NCBI GenBank assembly: GCA_051294375.1
Contig: CM119271.1
Span: forward strand, 7,268,805 to 7,289,515
From: Paraspadella gotoi
Lineage: Eukaryota; Animalia; Chaetognatha
DNA length: 20,711 nucleotides
Reading direction: 5' to 3'
The position numbers and the translations under genes were made by a program. The number at the start of each line of letters is the position of its first letter. Within the stretch, counting starts at the first letter, position 1. This document shows positions 10,213 through 20,711 of this stretch, one piece after another. The notes under the pieces are model-generated. The model was not told the origin of the DNA. It saw only the letters and a program-made list of their open reading frames with translations, and searched no databases.

Positions 10213-10747
10213 ACCCGACCCCCATTCCAGCCTGCTCACACCTCCCTTCCCCCAGTAGACCGCCCCCCCTGTAACCTCATCCTAGTGTTTCTTAAAATCC
10301 AACATGCCACCACTTCATCGTTGGCGTACTACCGTGGTCCCGTCAGTGAGTGAAGCCCCTTTTACTTCTCTCTGTTCTCTCTCTCTCTCCTCTCTCGTAT
10401 CTCTCTCGCTCTCCTACATTCTCTCTTCTCTCTTCTCTCTTCTCTTTCTCATCTTTTCACTCCACGTAGCCACCCATCCCGCCCCACATGCTCCACCAGC
10501 CGAGCCAATAAAATTTAAGCCAAAAAATTTAAGCTCTCATTCTCTCTTCTTTCTCTCTCTTCTCTCTCTCTCTCTCTTCATCTCTCTCTCTCTCTCTCCT
10601 CTCTCTGCTCTCTCTCTCTCGTTGTGTTGCTCTCCTTTATTCGTCTGTGATTTAACGGAAAAACTTTCGCCTCCTTCGTACACGAAACTTGAAATTGTGC
10701 CTCCGAGTTTTGGATCGCGAAGAAGGATGGCGGTCGAAAGGGGGAGG
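10213..10747 (+). repeat. 535-bp segment A, copy 2
   Basis: Matches 7885-8419 and diverges at 10748. Confidence 0.95.
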
Positions 10748-11206
10748 TCTCCGGGAACGAAAATGGAAAAACGAAAATCGCATCTAAAAAGCATCAAAAG
10801 TCTCGGCGGCTGATTTTTCCCTCTCTCTCCCACGCGCGCCCCAGAATTGATATTTTTTTTGTCTCGCGTACCTTTTCTCCTTTCCTATACGCGCCCTTTT
10901 ATTCTGTCAGCACCTCTTCGCGCTTTTTTTTTCCCTCTCACCGGCGTGAGTTACCTTTTTTCTTTCTTTCTTTCGTTCACGCGAAATTAATTTTGAAATA
11001 AATTTAAGAAGATAATCTTTTTAATTTTTTTTTTTATTATTTTTTTCATCCTTTTTCAATTTCTAATTTTTTTTTTTATTTTTGAAAAGGTTTCGACTGT
11101 GATTAGTACCGCGAAGTCTCGAGACAAGAACGATCGAGTTACTTGGAGAAACTTATATTTAAAAAAATAAACTCTCAGTCAATTGGGAAAACGTATTCGT
11201 GAAAAA

Positions 11207-11550
11207 AACAAGAACGGTTATTCAAAAGTGTTGCGCCGCAGTGATTGCCTTGTCACGTTTATTTCTCGTGACACGACACGACGTGATATGACATGACGTG
11301 ACTTAACATGACTAAAATAACTTTCTTAGCCCGTGTACTTATGACATGCACTGCATCAAAATTCCGTCTTTTATTCTATTTTAGTTTTAGGATTTCCTGA
11401 AGGCGGCGATTGCAGTCCCTTACATTTGAGGTTTTTTCTGTCTTAACAAAAGAGCAACCAACTTTAGGGAAATTATATGCATTTTTAACTTAAGGGGGAC
11501 AGATCGACGTATCGACTGACCGACCGATAGACCGACCGAAAAGTGTATAG
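11207..11550 (-). mobile_element. HINE/DINE-1-like element, family 1, second copy lacking the 5' hairpin
   Basis: Its reverse complement shares, in order, with 3636-3907: cacttttcggtcggtct, gttaaaaatgcatataattt, agttggttgctc, tgttaagacag, ctcaaat.taagggactgc, ttttagtcat, tcactgcggcgcaacac and accgttcttgtt. It ends in a T-run. Confidence 0.8.
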
Positions 11551-12290
11551 CTTATTCATCATCAATGGAAAACAAATGTGAGACTTGTTAGCTAAATCTC
11601 TTTAATTGAGTCAAAGCGTGGTATGAACCACTCTAGTAACCACAAAAAAAAGTAAAAAAATGACACTAGGCCGGTAGATATGATTAACTGCGACTAAAAG
11701 ACCACCTCACTAACCGCAAAAGAACCACCCGACCACCTGACGCAGCGAGAAAAAAAAAAAATAGTAATCCGCCAAAAATAGAGCGCCCTTCTCTCTCTCT
11801 CTCTCTCTCTTGAAATAGACCACCTTAGTCATCGCCCAATTGATAAGGGTCGAGACTGAAACCGTAGAATCGATACTAAGCCGCCGCAGACGCTGCCGCC
11901 GACGCAGCCTAAAAACAAACGCTCTAATCCACCCCAACCTTCCCGAGTTTTTTTTTTTTTCGCCAAGACCACCACCTTCTCCAATCTCCACCCACAGCTT
12001 CTCTCCCTTTCCCCCCCCGAATAACCCGCGCACCCCTTCCGCTCGTGACTTCCCTCTTCAATCGGGTCGGAGTACGAGAGGGGAGTACGTTACGACGACC
12101 ACGACGACGACGACGTCGACGGAGTCTGAGGGCAAAAGGTCGCCTTTTCATTTTATCGTCTTCAGAGTAAATGCGGGTTATAACGAGATGGAAGAGGAGG
12201 GGAGAGGAGAAGACGAAGAAGAGGAGTTGAGAGATGAGAGAGAGAAGAGGAGAGAGGAGAGAGAGGAGAGAGAGAGGGCTTTGTTTGTCT

Positions 12291-13410
12291 TTTTTTAGTC
12301 GGATCTGCTTATCAGCAGATCCCCGACTCTATAACTCACTTTTTATTAACTCCACTTTTTCGGGTCCGTCTCCGCCCCCGTCAAATTGTCGGGACACACT
12401 ATATCATTGTAGAACATCGAATTATGATAAATTATGCAAAAAAAATGATGTCCGTCCTGTCGTCTGCCGTCGTCCGTCCGTCCGCGTTCCTCCGTCCCAC
12501 CTTAGCAAAAAAAACCAATTACTCGTGATTGGATGGATGGATTTAAATGAAATTTTTGGTGTGAGTAGTGTAAGTGTGTGATTGAGTTGGATATTAAGTG
12601 TCGATGGAATCGTCCGAGTTGGAAATGAGTTTAAATGGAAAAAACCAAAAAAATTATATTCACATTGAACACCAATTATGCTCATGAGTGGATTGGGCTG
12701 ATTGACTGGAATTTTGTATGTGGGTAGAAATGTGTGTTGATTTGAACAGGAATTCAAGGTTTCGATGGAATAGTTTGGAGTGGAAATGAGTTTTAAATGG
12801 AAAAATAACAAAAAACTGTTTTACTAATGATTATGCTTCTTTTCTTTATGTAATGTATCTGCAGGATTATTAATAAATCAAAAAGTTTAAATCAGTAATT
12901 AATCAATTAGTAAATAAATTAATCAATAAATTAATTAATTAGCAAGCAATCCGATCCATCCGTCCCATCTAGCAGAAAAGCTCAATAACTCGTGATTGGC
13001 TGTTGGATTGGAATTAAATTTGTGTGTGGTAGAAAGTGTGTGATGTTATAAAGCTGTATATTAAATTTCGATGTAATGTGTGAGTGGAAATTAGTTTAAT
13101 GGGAAAAAACATAAGTCGAATTTACCTAAAAATCTTTTTACTTATTTAACCAATAAAACTCAATTAATCATAATCGGAATGGATAGATTGAGTTGAAATT
13201 TTGTGTGTGGGTAGAAACGTTATGACGAAGCTTATTATAAAGTTTCAGTGGAACGTACCGTGGAATATTGGTTTAATGAAAAAAATATGAGTCACATTTA
13301 CTTGAATCTTTTTATTTTTATTTTAACCCATGATAGATGAGATGAAATTTTGTGAGCCGGTTAGAAAGTGATGAAGAGCTTAGATATAAGTTTACGGAAT
13401 TGCATGTGAA
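12291..13410 (+). mobile_element. HINE/DINE-1-like element, family 2, with internal tandem repeats (3' end not located, end coordinate approximate)
   Basis: T-run, then hairpin agtcgg-atctgct-(tatc)-agcagat-cc-ccgact (12297-12328), then ctataactcactttt. A (GTCC)n-like microsatellite lies at ~12450-12497, followed by five diverged repeat units. Confidence 0.6.
12521..13410 (+). repeat. Five diverged ~150-180 bp repeat units
   Basis: The motif gaaattttgtgtgtgggtagaaa recurs at ~12549, 12709, 13016, 13195 and 13344. The first four are followed by similar ttcgatggaat...tggaaatgagtttaaatggaaaaa-type blocks. Confidence 0.8.
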
Positions 13411-13663
13411 AAAATGATGAAGTAAAAACTTAAAGCATAAGGATCGTCGCTAATTGCATAAAAAAGAGAGAGAAGGAGAGAAGAGAAAGTAGAGAGTGAG
13501 AGAAAGAGCGAGTGACGAGAAAAGAAGAGACGTGAGAGAGAGGAGAGAGAAGGAACATAAATAAAAATCTTAAAAGACTCTAAGATCGAGCCAGAGCCCA
13601 TCATCATAAAATTAATGAAAAAAACCTGCAAAAAATAACGAATGAATCATGCGATAACGGATA

Positions 13664-13873
13664 TTGTTGATTATAGTAATTGATGAGTATAACTAATGAT
13701 TGATGTAATAGTAATTTATTGATGTAATAGGAATTTTATTATTGATTCTGATGATATCCAATTATTGATGCGATGATAGTCATCACTGCTTGTGATGATA
13801 GTTCATATCAGTATGCGATTGTTGTCATTCATGATTTGGATGAATTGTTCATCATTGATGCATGTATAGTAAT
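13664..13873. repeat. Highly degenerate ~20-24 bp AT-rich minisatellite (attgatg...atagt motif)
   Basis: Recurring attgatgtaatag / attgatgcgatgatagtcatc-like units. The register is poorly defined. Confidence 0.5.
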
Positions 13874-16432
13874 AAAAACAAACAAAATGCGTGTATGAGT
13901 AAGAGAGCGGAGAGAGAGAGAGAGAGAAAAATCACGAAATCTCGGTGAAAAAATAGTTGGGATTTTGTATTGAAAAAAAGCCGGAATAAATGCAATAATA
14001 AAAAGGTTGTTTAGTAGAAAAAATAATCAGAATTTTTTAAAAAACAAACGATCACGCAAAAGATGGACAGATAGGGACAGACAACACAAGAGACAGCGAA
14101 CAGGAGAGAGAGATAAAAAGATAGGAGAGAGAGAGACGCGCTGCAGAGAAAAAGAAAAGAGAAAAGATGCGATATATAATAATTAAAAGAGAGAGAGAGA
14201 GAAGCTCTACAGCCCCTTTACTCTTTAAGAATCAGCAGTACTTTATGGCGCCGCACGTAGCGTGAGTATTCTTTACCAAAGGACCCGTGTTCGCGCCCTT
14301 CGCGGGCAGTTTTTTTACATTAGTGAACCACATATAATCTAAAAATTTTTTGTTAAAAAAAATGAGAAGAGAGAGAGAGAGAGAAAGAGAGAAAGAAGTG
14401 GACAGACGGTGCAGAGCGGAATCGTTTTTAGAGAAGCAGTGACGGAGAAAAAGAGAGAGAGAGAAGCAATATATTTTTAAAACGTTTTTTTTTGTAAATA
14501 AACATAAACAAATACATTTGATATTGAAAGCATGTGAGAATTTTAAAGATTTTGTATGTATTAGAATGCGCAGTATATGAAAATTCAACTCTCCTGTATG
14601 AATCACAATTTCAGACCGATGATTGCCAAGAGAAAGCGAGATGCCGGAAGCTAACCGAAAAAATCTTAGTACAGACGGCTTTTTGTCGGTGGCTTTAAAG
14701 AGGATATTTTGGTTTGTTGTTGGTGTTTTAGAGAATGGGAAACAAATAGTTTGAGGTGAGACGGTGTCCGGTGACTCAGATTTTAAGGGATTCGGTGATG
14801 ACAAGGTGAAGGTGATAAATTGAGGAGTAGTGTGGTAAGTAAGGGTGAATCTAGTAGAGTTATTGATAATAATAATTAATCAGATGAGATTAGGAGGTGG
14901 GTAGATGTATCGTAGCAGGAGGCGGAGGCGATTTTTTGGCGTCATATTTGTTTTGAGACATTCAGCGCGAGCGTCGTCGAAGAGACGAGAAGGGCGTTGT
15001 TCTTTTGTTGCTTTTTTTGGTCGGAAGGGGGGGTTGAATGAAAATTAAAAAAAAAAAATTTNNNNNNNNNNNNNNNNNNNNNNNNNNNNNNNNNNNNNNN
15101 NNNNNNNNNNNNNNNNNNNNNNNNNNNNNNNNNNNNNNNNNNNNNNNNNNNNNNNNNNNNNNNNNNNNNNNNNNNNNNNNNNNNNNNNNNNNNNNNNNNN
15201 NNNNNNNNNNNNNNNNNNNNNNNNNNNNNNNNNNNNNNNNNNNNNNNNNNNNNNNNNNNNNNNNNNNNNNNNNNNNNNNNNNNNNNNNNNNNNNNNNNNN
15301 NNNNNNNNNNNNNNNNNNNNNNNNNNNNNNNNNNNNNNNNNNNNNNNNNNNNNNNNNNNNNNNNNNNNNNNNNNNNNNNNNNNNNNNNNNNNNNNATGTC
15401 ATTTTCACGTTAAGAAAAAAAATGTAGTTTGTAAAAAAATAAAATATTTGAGATTTTCTGCCGGTATTATTTTAGATATGTATGAAGAAATTTTAAAAAC
15501 CCAAGGTCTTATTTGGACAATCGCGACAATAAGCCGGAACAGGTTGCAAAAATAAGACAGGTCCTCTCAAAATAAAATAATGGTAAGAGTGAACATGTTA
15601 GAGATATAAATAAAAAATTTATTATTAAAAAAATTTATTCATCAATTAATACAGCGCCACGAAGCACTTTAAAGATTAATTTATTAACTATATAAACGTT
15701 AACAATTTTTTTTTGAATTTTCAATGTTCTCTTGAATAGATTCTGCATAGACCGCTTTAAAAGTTAGATAAGGTTATAATTACAAATTTCTTAAAATTTT
15801 TTTTGTTTTATGATCAATCAATTTTAAAAAACTATAAAAATTCAGCAATGAATGATGATGAATGATGATTTTTTAAATGCGTTTTTTTTTGTTTTTAACC
15901 AAATTCTTGCTCGAAAATTTTTAAAAAATTGTGTACTAACATTTCATTTAACTTTCAAGCTTTATATTAAGAATCCGTTCTTAAAAAATAAACTTTTTAA
16001 AAAAATTTTTTTTGTCATTGTTATATATTTAAATTAAATAATTTTAAACAAGCTTCAGTGCAACACCCAAGAACTAATCAAAGTTGCATTGAAAAATCCC
16101 ATTTAGCTAATGGAAGGAAAAAAAGAAAATTTTTTTGAGAAGAATTAGAAAGTATATAAAAAAAAGTGTTCAATTTGCACCGCCTTTCAATGACAATGAC
16201 ATCCGGAACAGATATAGTAGATTGTAAGGTAAAATTTAAAGTTAGCAAAAAAGATACTCGTCGTAGCTATAAAAATGAATTTGATGTATCTCTATAATGC
16301 TACCAATATCACCGTAAAACCTAACTCCTGGGTACATTTATTTTAAAAATATCGAAGATCGGCGTCGATCGCTCGATAGACAGCAAAAATGCGCGGAAAA
16401 AAGATAAAACTGAAAATATTCTTTTAAAAAAA

Positions 16433-19400
16433 GGGGGAAAATGGTGGTTGTTCGAGTGGGAAATGGTGGTTGTCTCGACGTGGAGAATGGTGGTTGTTCG
16501 ATGTGCGGAAATGGTAGGTTTTCGGGTGGCGAAAATTGGTGGTTGTCGAGTGGGACAATGGGTGGCTGTTCGAGTGGGAAATGGTGGTTGTTCAGAGTGC
16601 GGAAAGGTGGTTGTTCGGCATGGGAAATGGTGGTCTGTTCAGAGTGGAAATGTGGTCTGTTCGAGTGGGCAATGCGTGTTGTTCGCAATGGGAAATGGTG
16701 TGTTCGACGTGGGAAATGGGGTTGTTCAGGGTGGAAAATGGTGGTTGTTCGGTGGGAAATGGTGGTTGTTCGGACGTGGAAAATGGTGTGTTCAGAGTGG
16801 GAAATGCGTGTTGTATCACGGAGTGGGAATGGTGGTTGTATCGAAGTGGGAAATGTGGCTTGTTTCGGGTGGGAAATGGGCTGGTTGTTCGAGTGGGAAT
16901 GGTGGTTGTTCGAGTGGGAATGTGGTTGTTCGTACTCCGATGGGAAATGGTGGTTTTCGCAGTGGGCAAATGCGTGGTTGATTCGGTGGTGGGAAATGTG
17001 GTTGTTCCGGGGTGGGAAAATGGTGGTTATTCGGGTGGGAAATGCTGTTTGTTCGGAGTGGGCAAATGGTGGTTGTCGAGGTGGGAAATCGGTGTTGTTT
17101 CGAGTCGGGAAATGTGTGCTTTCGGAATGGGAAATGGTGGTTGTTCGAGTGGAAATGGTGGTTGTTCGACGTGGGAAATGGTGGTTGTTCGGCGGGTGGC
17201 GAAATGGTGGTTGTTCGAGTGGAAATGTGGTGTTCGGGGTGGAAATGGCTGGTTGTTGAGTGGGAAATGGGCGTGGTTGTTCGAGTGGGAAATGTGGTTT
17301 GTTCGGTATGGGAAAATGGATGGTCTGTATCGACGTGGGAAACTGGTGGTTGTTTCGGCGTGGGAAAATGGTGGTTGTTTCGGCGTGAGAAATGGTGAGT
17401 TACTTCGGTGGTGGCGAAATGGTGTTGTTTCGGGTGGGATAATGTTGTTCGAGTTGGAAATGGTAGGTTATTCTGGGGTTGGAAACTGGTGGTTGTTCGG
17501 AATGGTGTTGTTCGAGTGGAGAAAATGGTGGTTTGTTCGGACAGTGGGAAATGGTGGCTGTTTGGAGGTTGGGAAAATGGATGGTCTGTTGGCGAGAGCA
17601 GCACAAAGGTGGATGGTGGTTTGTTCGGAGGAGTGGGAATGGTGGTCTGTTGCGACGTGGAGAATGGTCGGTTTGTTCGCAGTGGGAAATGGTGGTTTTT
17701 CCGGATGGAAAAGTGGTGGTTGTTCGATGGGAAATGGTGGTTGTTCGAGCTGGCGGAAAATGGTGGGGTTGCTCGGAGTGGAAATGGTGGTTGTCGATTG
17801 GGAAAAATGGTCTGGTTGTTTCGGGTGGGAAATGGTGGTTGTTTCGTCGTGAATGGTGGTTGTTCGTATGTGGGAAACTGGTGTTGGTTCTTCGGCGTGG
17901 GCAATTGGTGGTTGTTCGGGAAGTGGCGAAATGGTGTGTTCGACGTGGAAATGGTGGTTGTTGCGGTATGGGAAAATGGTGGTTGTCGAGTGGGAAAATG
18001 GTGGTTTTTTTGATGTGGGAATTTGTTAATGGTTTATTTAGTGGGAAATGGTGGTTGTTCGAGTGGGAAATGGTGGTTTATCGGATGGGAAATGTTTGTA
18101 TGGTGGTTTTAGTGGGATAGGTTTATTTATAGGAAATGGTTTATGGGATATGGTGTGGTTGTTTCGGGTGGTAGGATATGTTCGGAGGTTGGAAATGGAT
18201 GGTTGTTCGGTAGGTGGGAAATGGTGGTGTGTTCGGTGGGAAATGGTGGTTGTTCGATAGGATGGTGGTGTTCGGATGGGTAAATGGGAGTTGTTCGAGT
18301 GGGAAAATGGTGGAATTGTTCGTTAACAGGTGGGAAATGGTGGATTGTTCGAGTGGGAAATGGTTGGTTGTTCGGCAGTGGGAATGGTGGTATAGTTCAG
18401 CGTGCGGAAATGGTGGTTGTTCGAGTGGGAACATGGTGGTTGTTCGATGGATGGTGGTTTGTTCGAGTGTGGAAATGGTGGTTGTTCGAGTGGGAAATGG
18501 TGGTTTGTTCAGTGTGTGGTGATTTAGTTGTTTTAAGTGGGAAATGGCTGGTTTGTTCGGTGGAATGGTGGTTGTTTCGGAGTGGGAGAAATGGTGGTTG
18601 TTCGGAAGTAGGGAAATGGTGGTTGTTCGGGTCGGAAATGAGTGTTGTTTCAGAGTGGGAATGGTGGTTATATGATTCGGAATGGAAATGGTGGTTGTTC
18701 GAGTGGCGAAAATGGTGGTTGGTTTGTTCGGGTGGGAAATGGTGGTTGTCTCGACGTGGAATCGGTGGTTGTTCGGGTGGAAATGGTGGTTGCTTCGGGT
18801 GGGAAAATGGCTGGTCTGTTCGAGTGGGAAATGGTGCGTTGTTCGGCATGGGAAATGGTGGTTGTTCGAGTGGGAAATGTGGTTTGTTCGAGGTGGGGAA
18901 AATGGTGGTTGTTCGAGTGGGGAATGGTGCTTGTTCGATGGGAAATGGTGGTTTGTTCGATCGTGGGAAATGGTGGGTTGTTCCGGCATGTGAGAAATGG
19001 TGGTTGTATCGGGTGAGGAAATGGTGGTTGTTCGGGTGGGAAATGTGGTTGTTCGGCAGTTGGGCAAATGGTGTTGTTCGATCGTGGGAAATGGTGGTTG
19101 ATTCGGAATGCGGAAATGGTGGTTGTTCGACGTGGAAATGGTGGTTGTTCAGAGTGGGAAATGGTGGTTGTTCGGCATGGGAAATGTGGTTGTTCGGCCT
19201 GCGTGGGAAATGGTGGTTGTTCGGATCGGGAAAATTGGTGGTTAGTTCGGATGCTGGGTGGAGAAATGTGGTGTCTGTTAGGATCGGGAAATGGTGGTTG
19301 TTCGGTCGTGGGAAAATATTGGTTGTTTACTCGAGTGGGAAAGTGGTGGTTGTTCGGCATGGAAATGGTGGTTGTATCGAGGTGGAAATATGGTGGTTGT

Positions 19401-19960
19401 TCGGGGTGGGAAATGGTGGTTGTTTCGGATGATGAGGCGTGGGAATGAGTTGGTTGTTCGGGGTGGGAAATGGTGGTGTGTCGGGTGGCGAAAATCGGTG
19501 GTTGGTTCGAGTGGGATAACTGGGGTCTTTCGGATGGGAAATGGATGGTTGTTCGAGTGGCGAAATTGGTGCGTTGTTCGAGTGGGAAATGGTGGTTGTT
19601 CGAGTGCGGCAAATGGCTGGTTGTTCGAAGTGGGAAATGTGGTATGTTTCGGATGGGAAATGGGGTGGTTGATTCGATGTGGGAAATGGTGGTTGTTTCG
19701 GGGTGGCGAAATGGTGGTTGTTCGTTTAGTGGGAATGGTGGTTGTCGGTCGTGGGAATATGGTGGTTGTTTACGAATCGTGGATGGTGGTTGTTCGAGTG
19801 GGAAATGGTGGTTAGTTCGGATGGGAAATGGTGTTGTCGAAGTGGGAAATGGTGTTGTTTCGGGTGGGAAATGGTGGTTGTTCGATGTGGGAAAATGGTG
19901 GTTTGTTCGTGAGGGAATGGGTTGGTTGTTTCGTGTGGGAATGGTGGTTGTTACAGGTAG
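16433..19960. repeat. 22-bp satellite array, consensus GGGAAATGGTGGTTGTTCGAGT (~3.5 kb, roughly 150-160 units)
   Basis: Continuous head-to-tail repeats with many 1-nt indels. The consensus has no stop codon on either strand, which explains the many overlapping GKWWLFE/WEMVVVRV/GNGGCSS ORFs. Confidence 0.97.
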
Positions 19961-20690
19961 GGCGGTTTGGGAGTAGAGGTGTTGGGCGTGAAACAACATT
20001 TTTGTTACGTATTATAAACGAGAGAGAATTTGGGATAGAATTACAAATCGGATTTTGTCTGTTTTAGAAAAAAAAAATGTTCGTGAAATAATATTTAAAG
20101 CCATTTTCATGTAATATAAAAAATAATTAGAACATCTAAAAGAAAAAAAAATTAACCAGAAGATCAGATGGCGTCACATGTCAGGAACGAGACAAACAAG
20201 CGTCGAAAAAAATTTAAGAAAACAGAAAAAATCCAAAAGCGAATCCGCGATGACGCTGAGAGTCGAGCCAACTAAGACAACAACCTCTGCGCGGGTGGGG
20301 AAAAAATTTGGGGGGGTGGACGACGAAGACGCACAGACGACCATGGGCGACCGATGAGACGAAAACTGAAAAAACAAAAGGCATCGCCGAACGTTAAAAG
20401 TCGCGTGACAAAGTTCACACGAGATAACGCCTCTGCTCAGGAACCCCNNNNNNNNNNNNNNNNNNNNNNNNNAAAAAAAAAAATTTAAGATCGAATTATC
20501 GTCGCTATTCAATAAAAAAAAAGGGGAAAACAAAAATTAGTATGTACGGCGTTTGCAGGAATATTTAAAAAATATTGAAATACATAACTTTTTTTCATTT
20601 AAAATTGCGTTTGAATTAGAGGGAGAAAAACCGAAAATGTTTTGTCTGTTTACAATCAATAATTTTTGTTTATAACATAAAAATACAGAC

Positions 20691-20711
20691 ATGTCATTTT
20701 CACGTTAAGAA
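20691..20711 (+). repeat. Exact 21-bp repeat of 15396-15416, running off the window end
   Basis: atgtcattttcacgttaagaa occurs at both positions. Confidence 0.9.

Noticed and set aside
11660-11700. Minus-strand TTTTAGTCGC as a possible further HINE 5' end
   Set aside because: No hairpin partner and no CTATAASTCAC motif follow.
3125-14250. Scattered TTTATGG / TTTACGA / TAATTA / TAATCC homeodomain-type motifs suggesting a developmental locus
   Set aside because: Short AT-rich motifs are expected at this frequency, and I recognised no homeobox or known miRNA.
14230-14261. Possible 32-nt micro-exon (tttaag|NQQYFMAPHVA|gtgagt)
   Set aside because: Splice-like signals alone are common by chance, and there is no linked exon or homology.
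16433-19960. CRISPR-like array
   Set aside because: Units are head-to-tail with no unique spacers, no cas genes are present, and the context is eukaryotic.
16338-20067. Many long overlapping ORFs (up to 443 aa), W/G/C/V-rich or P/T/H/N-rich
   Set aside because: They are translations of a stop-free 22-bp satellite in all six frames, with no unique protein content.

Overview
Gappy eukaryotic scaffold, probably from an invertebrate, with 14 N-gaps and many (GA)n/(CT)n microsatellites. I cannot support any protein-coding gene, RNA gene or CRISPR array. The long ORFs come from N-gaps, microsatellites or a stop-free satellite. The real structure is as follows. (1) Three non-autonomous elements with Helentron/HINE (DINE-1-like) architecture: a near-complete copy at 3601-3907 (+), a 5'-truncated sister copy at 11207-11550 (-), and a second family starting at 12291 (+) that carries internal ~150-180 bp repeats. 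The two families have different 5' hairpin sequences but share the frame T-run/AGT...ACT hairpin/CTATAASTCACTTTT. (2) A ~3.5 kb array of a 22-bp satellite (GGGAAATGGTGGTTGTTCGAGT) and several 11-13 bp minisatellites, two with higher-order structure. (3) An A-B-N25-C-B'-A-D rearrangement at 7885-10747 and a re-start of the 15047-15416 locus at the window end, both most simply explained as long-read gap-filling artifacts. All comparisons were made by eye; no searches were run.
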